DNA of 64,000 bases from Gekko japonicus. Taxonomy: Eukaryota. The position numbers and the translations under genes are program-made. The stretch lies in NCBI RefSeq assembly GCF_001447785.1, contig NW_015165238.1:66539-130538 (forward strand). Direction: 5' to 3'. Below the pieces are notes generated by a model. That model was given only the letters and a program-made list of their open reading frames with translations, did no database searches and had not been told where the DNA came from. Position 1 is the stretch's first letter; each line of letters opens with the position of its first letter. This document shows, in pieces, positions 24,669 to 36,400 of the stretch.

Positions 24669-25035
24669 TGCTGACAGTGTGAAAAAAAAGAAAGGCGGTC
24701 AGATCACTATGTGGTATATCTGTATCAGAAGACTATAAGAACAGAAGAGGCTAAAATGTTGCAAGGCAGGAGGAACTTTACGTAACAAGATTTAAGGGAA
24801 ACATACACATTACAAAAGGTGATTTAAATGTTCTCAGTCTAAATCCAAACCCAGTTCCAATGCTATTTAGGTTTTTGAGACATTCCTTGTGTTTATTGAT
24901 TACTGTTTCTTTTTAAATATGGAGAACTACATTCAGGACAGACAAAAGGAAATACTTCTTTACACAGCTGGGTCCAAGCCATAGAATGCAGTTGTGCAAG
25001 TTTAGCATCTATGCTGTCTTATATATAAAACTACC

Positions 25036-25230
25036 ATGACCTGGATGGCCTAGGCTAGCCCAGTCTCAGCAGATCTTGCCTGCTAAAAAGGGTTGGCCCC
25101 GGTTAGTACTTGGATGGGAGATCACCAAGGAAGTGCAGGTGAAACCAAGCCACCTCTGCTCATCTGTTGCCTTGAAAACCCAATAGCTCATCGTTAGTGG
25201 GCTGAGTCCTGATGGCACTTTCCACCACCA
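25036..25230 (+). mobile_element. 5S rRNA-derived SINE
   Basis: ggttagtacttggatgggagatc and tail ggcactttccaccacc. Confidence 0.75.
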
Positions 25231-25583
25231 TATTAAAAACATCACTATGACTGAGTGAATTCTCTATTTTAAACATCTAAATGTCCTTGTGGTCCACCAT
25301 GATGCATCTTTAAAGGGGAAAAAAAAAACCAGCAACCCAAATGCTCTGTTCAGGAAAGGAGAGGGGGGGGGGGAAACAACAACAACCACAGCACACAATA
25401 CGATTTGGCCAGACTCTGTGTGTAGGCTGTGTATGTTTCATTCCACTAACACTGGAGCTTTTTTTCTTCTTGTAATGGAAAAGGCATGTTTCACCAGACC
25501 CAACATTGTGTTCTCAAATCAGAGCTTTCTGTTTGGCTCATCAGTTTAATGACTTGTACCTATTAAACACCAAGGGAACACTG

Positions 25584-25680
25584 ATGTTTACCCCCTGCTC
25601 ATCCCTTTCAATCACCAGAAAGATTATGATAAATTATGTTTTCTCCCTGCTCATCCCTTTCAATCACCAGAAAGATTATT
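25584..25680. repeat. 52-bp-period tandem duplication
   Basis: atgttt..ccctgctcatccctttcaatcaccagaaagattat at 25584 and 25636. Confidence 0.85.
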
Positions 25681-26620
25681 CCTGGGGTCTCAGAACCTGT
25701 GTGGATGAACATCCATGCAAGTGAGGGAGATAAGCAAGGAGAAAACAGAAAAACCATCCTTAGACTTCCCTCTTCTGTCAACACAGGGAACCTGATGTAT
25801 TGGTCAGTCTCTGTTTCAGATCCAAATGTTCCATTCCATGAATCTTCCTACAGTATAAACTACCTTGCCCCAATCTTAACTGTGCTGAAGGAAGGGGGGG
25901 GGGGAGAGAATGATTTTGTCTACTCTCACCTCTTCCCTGCTTCCCCTTTCCCCTCCACAAAATTCAAGAATTTTTTTTTCTGGTGGATGGTGGACAAGAG
26001 GTATTTTAGGGGAAGAGAGAAATGCAGGGAAATCATAGACTTTCTCCCAGCCTTTTCACAAGACACAGGCCTGTATTTCAATGTTTCTACCTATTTCTAG
26101 AAAGGCTAGTCAGCTGACCTAAGGCATATGGAAAAGACATTTATCACATCTCTAAAGATTTTCTAGTCTAGCACTCCACAGCGATGTATCATTCAGCACC
26201 CCTGACATCCCAGAGAATTCAGATTAAAGTGGAGCGCATAGGAACAATAAGGGGTAAATGGAATCCATCCTGAATCTATTTATTTTATTTTATTACCCTT
26301 TTTGGCCCCCCCGAAGGGGATTTTTAAAATTGGTTTTCTATAAACTACAAAGAAAAATAGGGTAGGGAATCTAACATCTACGGGTGAAAGAACAGTTAAC
26401 CACTAAAAACCCAAGTAGTGAAGATCATTATATAAGCTTATAAAATGTTCGTCTAATCTAGTAATAATACAATGAACTTGAATCCATCCTGAATCTAAAT
26501 TTTTTTTAACCATTTTGTCTTCCTATAAGGAGGGAAAAGGGAGAAAAATAGCCGCTCAGACTTTTGCAAATGTTTTGGCAACATGGTAAAATATCCCACA
26601 ATATTTAGATTCCAGTTCAT

Positions 26621-26860
26621 ACCTTGATGAGGCTACTTTTCCAACAAGATAAATGAACAAAGAACATTGTACAGGGTATATGCTTCATATGTTTATGAAG
26701 AAACCTTCATTGCTGGGTGAATCCTGAATTACTTTGCAGTCTAGAAACCTCTGTTTCATTTGCCCTGTTTATGAGGTGCTGTGGGTTGTCATTAAGGGGA
26801 CTGTCCATATGGGAATAATATCTATGAACCTCTGGAGAGTGTTTAGTCCTTGGGGGGGAA
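26621..26860 (-). promoter_or_regulatory. Candidate promoter + non-coding exon 1 for OR 23700-24668
   Basis: TAATGA on - at 26789-26794; O/E-like cctctggag 26829 and tccttgggg 26847; donor AAG|GTATGA at 26621-26623. Layout matches four paralogous modules. Confidence 0.5.
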
Positions 26861-27656
26861 ACAAAGAGTTTGTACAACCCATTTCTACCGATGAAACTTA
26901 TTTTTAATTACCAAGATTATAAATAACAAGAAAAATGTATTAGAATACTATACCAAATCTTTGCTGTTGTAAAAGATGAACATTGCAACTTTAAAGAGTT
27001 TGTTGCAGTTCACTGTCTTCTGGCACTTAATGTCATTGATTGAACTTAGCATGTAAAAAAAAATAGATTGGTCTTTTGCCAGCTTGCTTCCATTTTAGTT
27101 CATATAGCTTTCCTCCCTCCTCCATCTTGGTGCAGGGACCAGCTTTGCCTCTTTCGGTCTCTGATTCAAATGATCAGTTTCTGTCTAACTCCACCACAAG
27201 AAAGCCAGTGGAGGAACAGGATCATGCTTAATCTCATTACTTTCACTGCACTGGAATATGTTGTCAAGACCTTTGCCAGAGGAAGAAACAAGACAATGGG
27301 AGATACCTGACTGGGTCTTCCACTGTTTTAAAAAGCTTGCCAGCAGATGCAGAGCTCTCCAAATTAGATGGAGGCTATGGCTTTAGAATGTGTTTATGGG
27401 TGTTAACCTTATCACACATTGCTTTCCCAGGTTAATAATGTGGTTATCTGCAGCTTTCCTTCTATTGTACAAACAGTTGGAAATATCGTAAATTTTCCCT
27501 CAAGGGCACATTGGGGAAAGCGTAACTTAAATAAGGAAAATAGCACGGGTGGAAAAGTTAACCCACCTCCCCTTGTGACTCTTACACAGGTGAAGCCCCC
27601 CAAACACTTTTAAGGTTTTTTTGGGTTTTTTTTTAAATGGGAGGACTTTAACCAAC

Positions 27657-28297
27657 TGGGGCAGCGGTGGCTCAGTGTTTAAGATGCTGAACTGCAGACT
27701 GGATGGTCAGTAGTTTGGCAGTTCGAGACTGCCACAGGAAGTGGTGGGTGCTACAAGCATGGACGGCTTCAAAAGGGAATTAGATAAGCATATGGAGCAG
27801 AGGTCCATCAGTGGCTATTAGCCACAAGGTATAGCTAGGGGCTCTGGGGCAAGTGATGCTCTGTCTTCTTGGTGCTTGGGGGGGGTCAACAGTGGGAGGG
27901 CTTCTAATGTCCTGGCCCCACTGATGGACCTCCTGATGGCACTGGTATTTCTGGCCACTGTGTGACACAGAGTGTTGGACTGGATGGGCCTTTGGCCTGA
28001 TCCAACATTGGCGTCTCTTATGTTCTTATGAGACCCGAGTGCCGCATGACAGAGTGAGCTCCCGTCTTTGGTCCCAGCTCCTGCCAACCTAGCAGTTTGA
28101 AAGCAAAACATTGCAATTAGATAAATAGTGGGAAGGTTACCTTCAGTGGGAAGGTAACTGTGCACCTCGCTGTCTAGTCATGCCAGCCACATGATACGTC
28201 TTCGGACTGTGCTGGCTCTTCGGCTTGGAACCAGAGATGACCACCGTCCCCTAGACTCAGCGGACTGTGGCTGTCGAGCAAGGGAAACCTTTACCTT
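27657..28297 (+). mobile_element. Sauria SINE containing a nested CR1 3' end
   Basis: Head gcggtggctcagtgtttaagatgctg; body ctcctgccaacctagcagtttgaaagc; (ACCTTT)n tail. Confidence 0.85.
27730..28029 (+). mobile_element. CR1 LINE 3' end nested in a Sauria SINE
   Basis: Ends ctcttatgttcttat; flanked by a gagac duplication; near-identical to 63430-63747. Confidence 0.85.
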
Positions 28298-29190
28298 TAA
28301 CCACATACCTCCCATCATCTCATCTAGTTTGATCTGGAGAGAAAAAGGTACTGAACTGACAAGGCAATACTGATAGGGAAAATCTGGGTTCTTTGTGTTC
28401 TTATGTAACTTTGATCCCTGAAAGCCTGTAGGTCCTTGCCAGATCCATCATGGAATCTCCATTGTCCCGCTGCTAAAATGGAGAGAAGTAGAAAGAAATG
28501 ATGGCACTCAAATGCCAACTTCTTGACTGTTTATTATCCTTCTAGTTTGAGGAAGAGGAGAGTCATTTTGACTTTTTCATGCAAACTATATAAATATCTA
28601 AGGCTGATATATTAAGGCTGCTAGTGGGAGGAAGGATATGAAACTACTCTTTCCTCTCCTCCAAGACAAATATTTTTAAAAAATATTCCACTATACTCTG
28701 AAATTTCCCAGCCATCTTTGGAAGTGCTGACAGCTGGCAATACTTTCTTTTTTGTTGTTGTTGAATGAGGAACGGTGATATATTTAGCTCTGCCCACTGA
28801 TATTGTGGATGTCAGTATTGGCAGTAAAACACTTTTATGCTTCCATTCCACCTTGTTAAGGATCCCAAAGGTGGCAAACAGCCAAAACATGAAAACATTT
28901 TTAAATACATTGTATCCATCTGTTTGTCCGTGGGATTCATAATTCATCAGGAAATTTGGCCACTGGCTTCAAGGAGTTACAGTGCCAAACATGACAGGAA
29001 TCATTCTGGCCCCCCTAATCTCCAGAAATCCCCTTCCCCACTTTTTGCACTAGCTGTCTCTGACAGGTATAACTCATCAGAAAATACATTTTTTAAAAAA
29101 ATGGCCACCAGATACAGAATAATAACAGGAGTCACAGAGACAAAAAATGAAAGGAATTGAGGCATCTTGGCCTGGGTGGCACCGATCCTC

Positions 29191-29595
29191 TTTGAAATGG
29201 AAGCTAATGTTATTTTTGGCAGGCATAACTCAGGTAGGATTTTCAAAATCGGCAACAAGCTTCAGGATGATCGTAGGAGTTGCAATGCCAAAAATGAATG
29301 GGATTGGAACATCTGAACCTAAGTTACCTGCAAAAGCCCCCTCTACCCACTATTTGCAATGGAAGCTAAAGTTGTTTGTGGCAGGCATAATTACGCAAAA
29401 ATTAAGCTGGGAGGCTTCAAATCAGATACCAACTTCAGAATGACTGTGGGAGCTGCAGAAGCACCCCTCACCCCCAGTTTGAAATGGAAGCTATGTTTGT
29501 CTATGGCAGGCATACCAGAAAATGAAGCTGGGGATTCAAAAGTGACCACCAGCTTCAAGACCATCATGGAAGCTGCAGTGCCCCCACCCCCATGA
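29191..29595. repeat. Degenerate 3-unit tandem repeat
   Basis: tttg[a/c]aatggaagcta..tggcaggcata..cttca..gctgca starts at 29191, 29353 and 29478. Confidence 0.75.
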
Positions 29596-29899
29596 AGGGA
29601 ATTGGAGTGTCCTTGCCGAGGATGTCCTGGTACCAACTGAAATGACTATTTTCTGTATGATCTCAGCTGCAAGATCTGATGCTATTGAAGGTTTAAAAAC
29701 AATGCAACCAGCAAACTGTCTGAAATGCATTATACTATAAATGGTGCAGAAAGTTGAATCACAAACGTAGACAATCCTGTAAAATCAAAATGATAGTTTT
29801 AATACAGGACTACAAGCCTGTTTTGATATAAGGGCACCCCCTTAAACTGTTCGATTCTATTGTAGCTCTAATCCCTTTATAAAAATTTCCTCCTGGGCA

Positions 29900-30210
29900 T
29901 TTAAAGTTTTGCATGTTCTGCTGAATGACAGAGGAGTGGAGATCTTCTCGAACATCTCAGGCAGGGCATGCCACAAGTTTGGAGACAACACACAGAATGA
30001 ACATGAATACACAGTAGCTAACCTTACCCACCATCAAAGTGACATTTTCAGAAGGCTTCACTCACATGAGCAATGCTATTGTGGTGGAGCTTAGCAGAAG
30101 AGGAAACCCTATAGGTATCTGCGACCAAGGGCATTAATTAATTTGTAGATTATAACCAACACCTTGAACTGGATCCAGTAACTGATTGGTGACATTATTC
30201 AGGTGTGTTA
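29900..30210 (-). mobile_element. Old L2-like LINE fragment
   Basis: ggcagggcatgccacaagtttggag..accaacaccttgaactggatccagtaactgattgg is an L2-type antisense signature. Confidence 0.5.
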
Positions 30211-30471
30211 TTCTTATCAGCCTAGAAATTATGGAAGAACAGACAGATGGGCATTCAGACATGACTAGCTTTTGGTTAAACTTGTTTCTTGGTCTTGGTT
30301 ACTGTAGTTTTGTGTCAGGTTTTTCCACCAGTAACTGTGCTCTGGATTGCAGTCTACTTTGCTCTATAGACCTTGGGCAAGGTCATGACAATTCATACCT
30401 GCAAATCATTCATCATGCAAGAATGCAACCATCTTGGGAACTGATTTTATTTATCCACCTATATGAGTTTA

Positions 30472-30820
30472 GTGGCCACGGTGGCTCAAAGGTTAAGATG
30501 CTGAAACTGCAGACCAGAAGATCTGTAGGTCAGTAGCTCAAGACTTGAGTGCCGCATGACAGAGTGAGCTCCCGTCTCTGGCCCTAGCTCCTGCCAACCT
30601 AGCAGTTTGAAAGCAAGAAATTGCAAGTAGATAAATAGGTACGACTTCGGTGGGAAGGTAACAGCATTCCCTGCGCCTCGATGTCTAGTTATGCTCGCCA
30701 CATGACCATGGAAATGTCTTTGGACAGCGCTGGCTCTTCAGCTTGGAAACGAGATGAACACCGCCCCCTAGAGTTGTATTCAACTAGCTTTCAAGCAAGG
30801 GAATCCTTTACCTTTACCTT
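30472..30820 (+). mobile_element. Sauria SINE, full length, ~37 bp beyond the OR stop codon
   Basis: TSD tatatgagttta / tatatgcgttta; (ACCTTT)n tail. Confidence 0.9.
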
Positions 30821-30856
30821 TATATGCGTTTACTCAGTATACTCAAAGTTATCCAT

Positions 30857-31798
30857 CTATATCTGTCCAGAGAAGAGTTTTCTGCTTAGAATTTTTTTGA
30901 GAGCTGATTTTACCTCCTGATTCCTCAGAGTGTAGATTAGAGGATTTAAAACTGGAGTGACTACACTGTACAATAGAGTAATGATCATGTCTCTTTCAGA
31001 AGATGCACCAGCGGAGGTGAGCATGTAGTTGGAAAGAACTGGAATATAGAAAGCAGTCACGACTGTCAGGTGGGAAGCACAGGTGGAGACAGCTTTCCAA
31101 TGGCTTAGTGAAGACTTGACTTTAAAGAAGAAGAAGGAGAAAACGTAGATGTAGGAGAGAAGAATGAAGAAGAAGGGACCCAGAGCAATAGAACCAGTGA
31201 CAGTATTAAGAAGGGTGATATTAAGGGTGATACTACTACAGGCCAATTCTAGCAGGGGCTTGATGTCACAGAAAAAGTGGTGGACATGATTGGGACCACA
31301 AAACCATAGCTGTGAAGTCACCACTGTGTGCATCAGAGCATGAAAGAACCCAATACACCATGTAGCCCCAACTAGCAGGAAGCAAGTCCTTTTATTCATT
31401 ATGGCAGTGTAACGTAGAGGGTTGCATATAGCCACACAGCGGTCAAAAGCCATGACACCTAGAAGCAGAGCCTCACTACTTCCCAGGAAGTGGAAGAAGT
31501 GAAGTTGAGGGAGGCACCCAATAAATGAAATTGCTTGGTTCTCTATTAATAAGCCATTCAGCATTTTTGGCATGGTAACAGTGGAATAAAATATGTCCAG
31601 ACAGGAGAGATTGCTTAGGAAAAAATACATGGGAGTATGAAGCCGAGGCTCGACCAGTGCTACAGCCAAAATGACTCCATTGCCCAGCAAACTGGCCATA
31701 TAGAGCAGCAGGAAAAGTATGAAGAGAATGAGTTGCTTTTGGTGGTCTTTTGTCAGTCCCAGAAGAATAAACTGATGCACCTGTGTATGGTTCTCCAT
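30857..31798 (-). CDS. Olfactory receptor, OR12D-like (intact; probable start MENHTQ; in-frame upstream ATG at 31846 is probably intronic)
   Basis: Full OR motif set, MAFDRC variant; start aligned to paralogues; polypyrimidine + cacag acceptor just upstream of the ATG. Confidence 0.93.
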   Translation of the reverse strand: MENHTQVHQFILLGLTKDHQKQLILFILFLLLYMASLLGNGVILAVALVEPRLHTPMYFFLSNLSCLDIFYSTVTMPKMLNGLLIENQAISFIGCLPQLHFFHFLGSSEALLLGVMAFDRCVAICNPLRYTAIMNKRTCFLLVGATWCIGFFHALMHTVVTSQLWFCGPNHVHHFFCDIKPLLELACSSITLNITLLNTVTGSIALGPFFFILLSYIYVFSFFFFKVKSSLSHWKAVSTCASHLTVVTAFYIPVLSNYMLTSAGASSERDMIITLLYSVVTPVLNPLIYTLRNQEVKSALKKILSRKLFSGQI

Positions 31799-32049
31799 TG
31801 CTCTGTGGATAGACAACAAAAACGAAACCTTGGTCACTGGCTTCATAATGCATTGGAGGACTTTAAAAGAGAAACTGTTGTGATGACAATTGTTGCCATT
31901 CCTACAAGACTTTTAGGTATTGGTATGAATTCCTGAGTACAAAATATCTGAGTTCCACAACCAATATGGAACGTGTCTATGTACATTGTTAAATTCCATT
32001 CCTACTTACATCTTAATTTGTACAGTAACTCTGAAGGGAGCTGGGTGTG

Positions 32050-34248
32050 TAGCTCTGACTTTCCCCAAAGAAACTACTACAAATACCCCCACATCTGGCA
32101 GAGCAAATGGCAGCCCCAGCTCTGTGAGGGAGCATGAGGGTCGAGAGGAAACAGAGCACCGTGCTGAGGATAAGGGGAATGCGCCCTCAGAAGGGACCTC
32201 TTCTTCTGTTGGTGAATGGGTGTCCTTTTGCAACAAGGAACCATCCCTGGGCAGGGAGGGAGGGGGGCTTATGGTAGTTGGTGATTCAATCGTTAGGCAG
32301 GTAGACAGCTGGGTGGAAAACCCACGTACTGACTGAATGGTAACTTGCCTGCCTGCCTGGTGTGAAGGTAGCGAACATTATGCATGTTCTAGATAGGCTG
32401 GTAGACAGTGCTGGGGAGGAGCCAGTGGTCACGGTTCATGTTGGCACCAGCAATGTGGGGAAATGCAGTTGTGAGATCCTGGAGGAAAAAGGCTGCTAGG
32501 CAGGAAACTCAAGGCCAGGACCTCCAAGGTAGCCTTCTCAGAAGTGTTAGCTGTTCCACAATCAGGGCCAGAGAGACAGGCACTAATCAGGAGTCTCAAT
32601 GCATGGATGAGATGATGGTGTAGGGGGGAAGGGTTTAAGTTTGTTAGGCACTGGGATGCTTTTTGGAACAAGAGGGAGCTGTACAAAAGTCTCCACTTGT
32701 CCCAAGAAGGAACCAGGCTGCTGGCGCTTAAAATCAAAAAGGTGGCAGACCAGTTTTTCAACTGAATATTGGGGGAAAGCCAACAGGAGATGAAAAGTCT
32801 CTGGTTTGCTATGGCTCATTTCAAAGTGATGAAGGGGTAACTGTTACTTTTATACAGGGGAATAGATTAGAATGTCCACTGAGACTGTAACAAATAATAT
32901 GGACTGCCTGTCAAGGTCTCAAGGCAGCAGGAGGAAGGTTGTGGGCCTAACAAGCCTGGGAAATCATAGATGATTATATACAATTGCTAGAAGTGTCCAA
33001 GGTTGAATTGGGGATTTGGAATGCTTGGTGTTGGGGGAAAACATAGACACTGTGGGTATTTCAGAAACTTGGTGGGATGAGAAAAATCAGTGGGATGTGG
33101 TGATTCCTGGTTATAAATTATATCAGAAGGATGGTGTGGGGAAGGGTTGGAGGTGGGATGGCTCTGTATGTCAGAGAGGGTATACAGTCCAGCAAGACTA
33201 AGAAGGTAAGAGAATTAAATTCACTTCTGGAAATGCTATGGGTTGAAATAGTGGGCCCAAAAGGAAGCTTAACACTGGGAGTTTGTTATGGCCAACCAGA
33301 TCAAAAGTTAGAGGGGGATTATAAAATGATGAATTAATTAAAGATAGCAGCTAGACAAAATAATTGTGTGGTAATAGGTGATTTTAACTACCCACACATT
33401 GATTGGGTCAATATGTGTTCAAGTCAGGAAAAAGAGATTGCATTTCTAGGCACTGTCAATTACTTTGCTATGGAGCAGATGGTCACAGAAACTACCAGGG
33501 GAGGAGTGATCCTGGATTTGGTCCTAAGTAACACCCAAGATCTGATGAGAGATGCAAAAGTGATTGCACCACTTGGGAACAGTGACCATAATGTTATTGA
33601 GTTCAACATTTGTATAAAAAGGGTTGGAACACTTTCTCTATGAAGAAAGGTTAAGGCGCTTGGGGTTCTTTAGTTTGGAGAAATGACGACTGAGGNNNNN
33701 NNNNNNNNNNNNNNNNNNNNNNNNNNNNNNNNNNNNNNNNNNNNNNNNNNNNNNNNNNNNNNNNNNNNNNNNNNNNNNNNNNNNNNNNNNNNNNNNNNNN
33801 NNNNNNNNNNNNNNNNNNNNNNNNNNNNNNNNNNNNNNNNNNNNNNNNNNNNNNNNNNNNNNNNNNNNNNNNNNNNNNNNNNNNNNNNNNNNNNNNNNNN
33901 NNNNNNNNNNNNNNNNNNNNNNNNNNNNNNNNNNNNNNNNNNNNNNNNNNNNNNNNNNNNNNNNNNNNNNNNNNNNNNNNNNNNNNNNNNNNNNNNNNNN
34001 NNNNNNNNNNNNNNNNNNNNNNNNNNNNNNNNNNNNNNNNNNNNNNNNNNNNNNNNNNNNNNNNNNNNNNNNNNNNNNNNNNNNNNNNNNNNNNNNNNNN
34101 NNNNNNNNNNNNNNNNNNNNNNNNNNNNNNNNNNNNNNNNNNNNNNNNNNNNNCCTGATGGCACCTGGTATTTTTGGCCACTGTGTGATAGAGTATTGGA
34201 CTAGATGGGCCATTGGCCTGATTCAACATTCGCTTCTCTTATGTTCTT
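32050..34248 (+). mobile_element. CR1 LINE: ORF1 esterase, ORF2 endonuclease, RT apparently deleted, 3' end beyond the gap
   Basis: VVGDSIVR..VHVGTSNV..LHLS (ORF1 SGNH-type esterase); GISETWW, GGGMALYV, IGDFNYP, LDLVL, GNSDHNVIEF (APE endonuclease); then directly GLEHFLYEERLRRLGFFSLEK; tail cttatgttctt at ~34240. Confidence 0.9.
33696..34153. other. Assembly gap (N run)
   Basis: Run of n. Confidence 1.
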
Positions 34249-34717
34249 AAGAAAGGTTTGTCTCGCTCTGGTTGACTTTCAACTGGTCACTGTGGCTTTA
34301 ACAGCATTATGATATAAAAGAATAATCAGGCGAGGCTTTAAATGGAAGTGAGGGTTGTGTTTTAATTTGCTACTTGCTGCTGATTAAGTTGCTGTTAAAG
34401 GAACAAAATAGTGGGTTAGCTGAAAAATGTCAATTGTTCTATGGCTGACAATGGAAATGTCTGTAAAAATTCAAGCTGCATTCGTTATTTCCTTAATTGG
34501 AAGAAATAAAGAAAGCTTCGTGAAACTAGCATCAATACAAGATGATACAGAAACTCATTTGTATTACCTTTATGGTGATAAATGTCTTCATCTGCTAATA
34601 CCTCATGCTATTAAATATAGAGCAGTGGAATAGTGCTTTGGCAAATCAAATGCATGCAAAATTACCACAGAGTATGAAAATGATTTCAAGACAAACTTAT
34701 TTTCAACTACAGATCAT

Positions 34718-34970
34718 ACCTGGATGGTTTTTCTTATTCTTTCTGTCATGATATGAAACTTCACAAAAAATCAACAAAGCCCCAATAAGGTTGGATCTTC
34801 AGCTCTCCATTGTTCAGGCAAAAATAGAAGAGTCATTGAAATTTCTCTTTATATTATGAATTCACATTTGTTGCATTTACTCTTATAAAGCCTTCAGCAT
34901 CTCATTAGGGGAGAGAAATTCATTTGTGGTGATTTAATCCTTGGGATATCCAAATCCCAGGAGCAAAAAC
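34718..34970 (-). promoter_or_regulatory. Candidate promoter + non-coding exon 1 for OR 30857-31798
   Basis: TAATGA on - at 34902-34907; O/E-like tccttggga 34938 and tcccaggag 34955; TATA-like at 34881-34890; donor CAG|GTATGA at 34718-34720. Confidence 0.6.
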
Positions 34971-35669
34971 AGAGCTCCTTGGTGCATGGGAGGCACAGGT
35001 GAAGAAGGATTTCCACCAGCTCTGTTAGGACTGGATGTTTTTGGGGAAAGGAAGGAATCAATGTAGGGGATGTATGTAAGGGAAAAGATACCAAGACTTG
35101 TGTAACAAGTGATAGTGCTAAGAAGGCTGGAGTTAAGGGCCAATCTGAGGAAGGGCTTGACATAACAAAAGAGGTGCTGAATATTATTTTTAACTAGTAG
35201 TGAATCCATTTGTATTCAACCCTATGAGTTGTATATATCTCAAAATTCCTCTTTCTCTGCAGTGAAACCATTAAGAAGAAAACCATGAAGAAGAAAATGC
35301 AAGACTGAGTTTAGGAGACATATGGCTGATCATGATTGTTTCCACTGACTAAACACATAGAAATGCCCTATGGAAAGTGGGGGGGGGGTTTAAGTGTTTG
35401 ACCTTACAACTCATACCTGCAGGGCTTGCATTTTTCTTTCAGTCAAGATATTTAAAAATGTTTTGTAAATTGAAACTCACAGAGACGTAGCTCAGCAGAA
35501 TTAAATGATTTCATTATATTGCAAAACTAGAAAAGCCAAATGTAGCTGATTTGTGTATTCATCATAGCTACCAGCTGATCTGTGTATTTATAATATCTAA
35601 CCAGTTTAAGCTGCCTTGAGCCTGCTTTACAGGGAGGGTGGGGTACAAATTCAATAAATAAATAAATAA

Positions 35670-35881
35670 NNNNNNNNNNNNNNNNNNNNNNNNNNNNNNN
35701 NNNNNNNNNNNNNNNNNNNNNNNNNNNNNNNNNNNNNNNNNNNNNNNNNNNNNNNNNNNNNNNNNNNNNNNNNNNNNNNNNNNNNNNNNNNNNNNNNNNN
35801 NNNNNNNNNNNNNNNNNNNNNNNNNNNNNNNNNNNNNNNNNNNNNNNNNNNNNNNNNNNNNNNNNNNNNNNNNNNNNNNNN
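35670..35881. other. Assembly gap (N run)
   Basis: Run of n, preceded by a LINE tail (aaat)n. Confidence 1.
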
Positions 35882-35989
35882 TGGCACCTTTAAGACCAAG
35901 TTTTATTCAGGTACAAGCTCTCCCTCCTCTGCGAGGACAGATCTTCACGTTCCCCCCCCCCCAATAGCTAGCAATCCAAAACAGTCCAG

Positions 35990-36123
35990 TGGAGCCTGAG
36001 TGGTGGGTGTTGCCTTCTGACACACTCCTGGTGATGTCAGGGTGTGTGGCATATGCAAATAAGTTATGCTAATGAGTTATGCTAATGAGCTCCTGCACCT
36101 CTTTTTCTACAAAATGACCCCTG
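35990..36123. mobile_element. hAT-type MITE end
   Basis: Terminates ctttttctacaaaatgacccctg; internal atgcaaat and 2x atgctaatgag. Confidence 0.5.
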
Positions 36124-36219
36124 TGTATGTCTATGTATTATGTTTTGAAGTGATAACCCATTCTGATGGGTAGCTTAAGCTTTTGATTATGCTATCAAGA
36201 TGGCCAAAGCCAATTTTCC

Positions 36220-36400
36220 ATGGTATGAGGCATGAAAAAATCCAGCACCCTAAGTGGACCTAGCTAGCAAAAGGTTAGTCCATTTATTCATGATGACAGT
36301 TGCATATAGCCATGAAGTGATTGAATGCCATGACCGCCAGAAGTATGCCCTCACCACTGCTCAGGAAGTAAAAGAAATGCAACAGCACAAGAGTCCCAAC
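36220..36400 (-). pseudogene. OR12D-like gene fragment (TM3-TM4)
   Basis: Minus strand reads LLHFFYFLSSGEGILLAVMAFNHFMAICN, then after a deletion MNKWTNLLLARST*GAGFFHA; clearly similar in DNA to 49400-49590. Confidence 0.8.

Noticed and set aside
29191-29595. CRISPR-like repeat-spacer array
   Set aside because: Vertebrate DNA; units are long, degenerate and similar throughout; no cas genes.
33638-34229. Long ORFs of X residues (also 35651-35899)
   Set aside because: Artefacts of N gaps.
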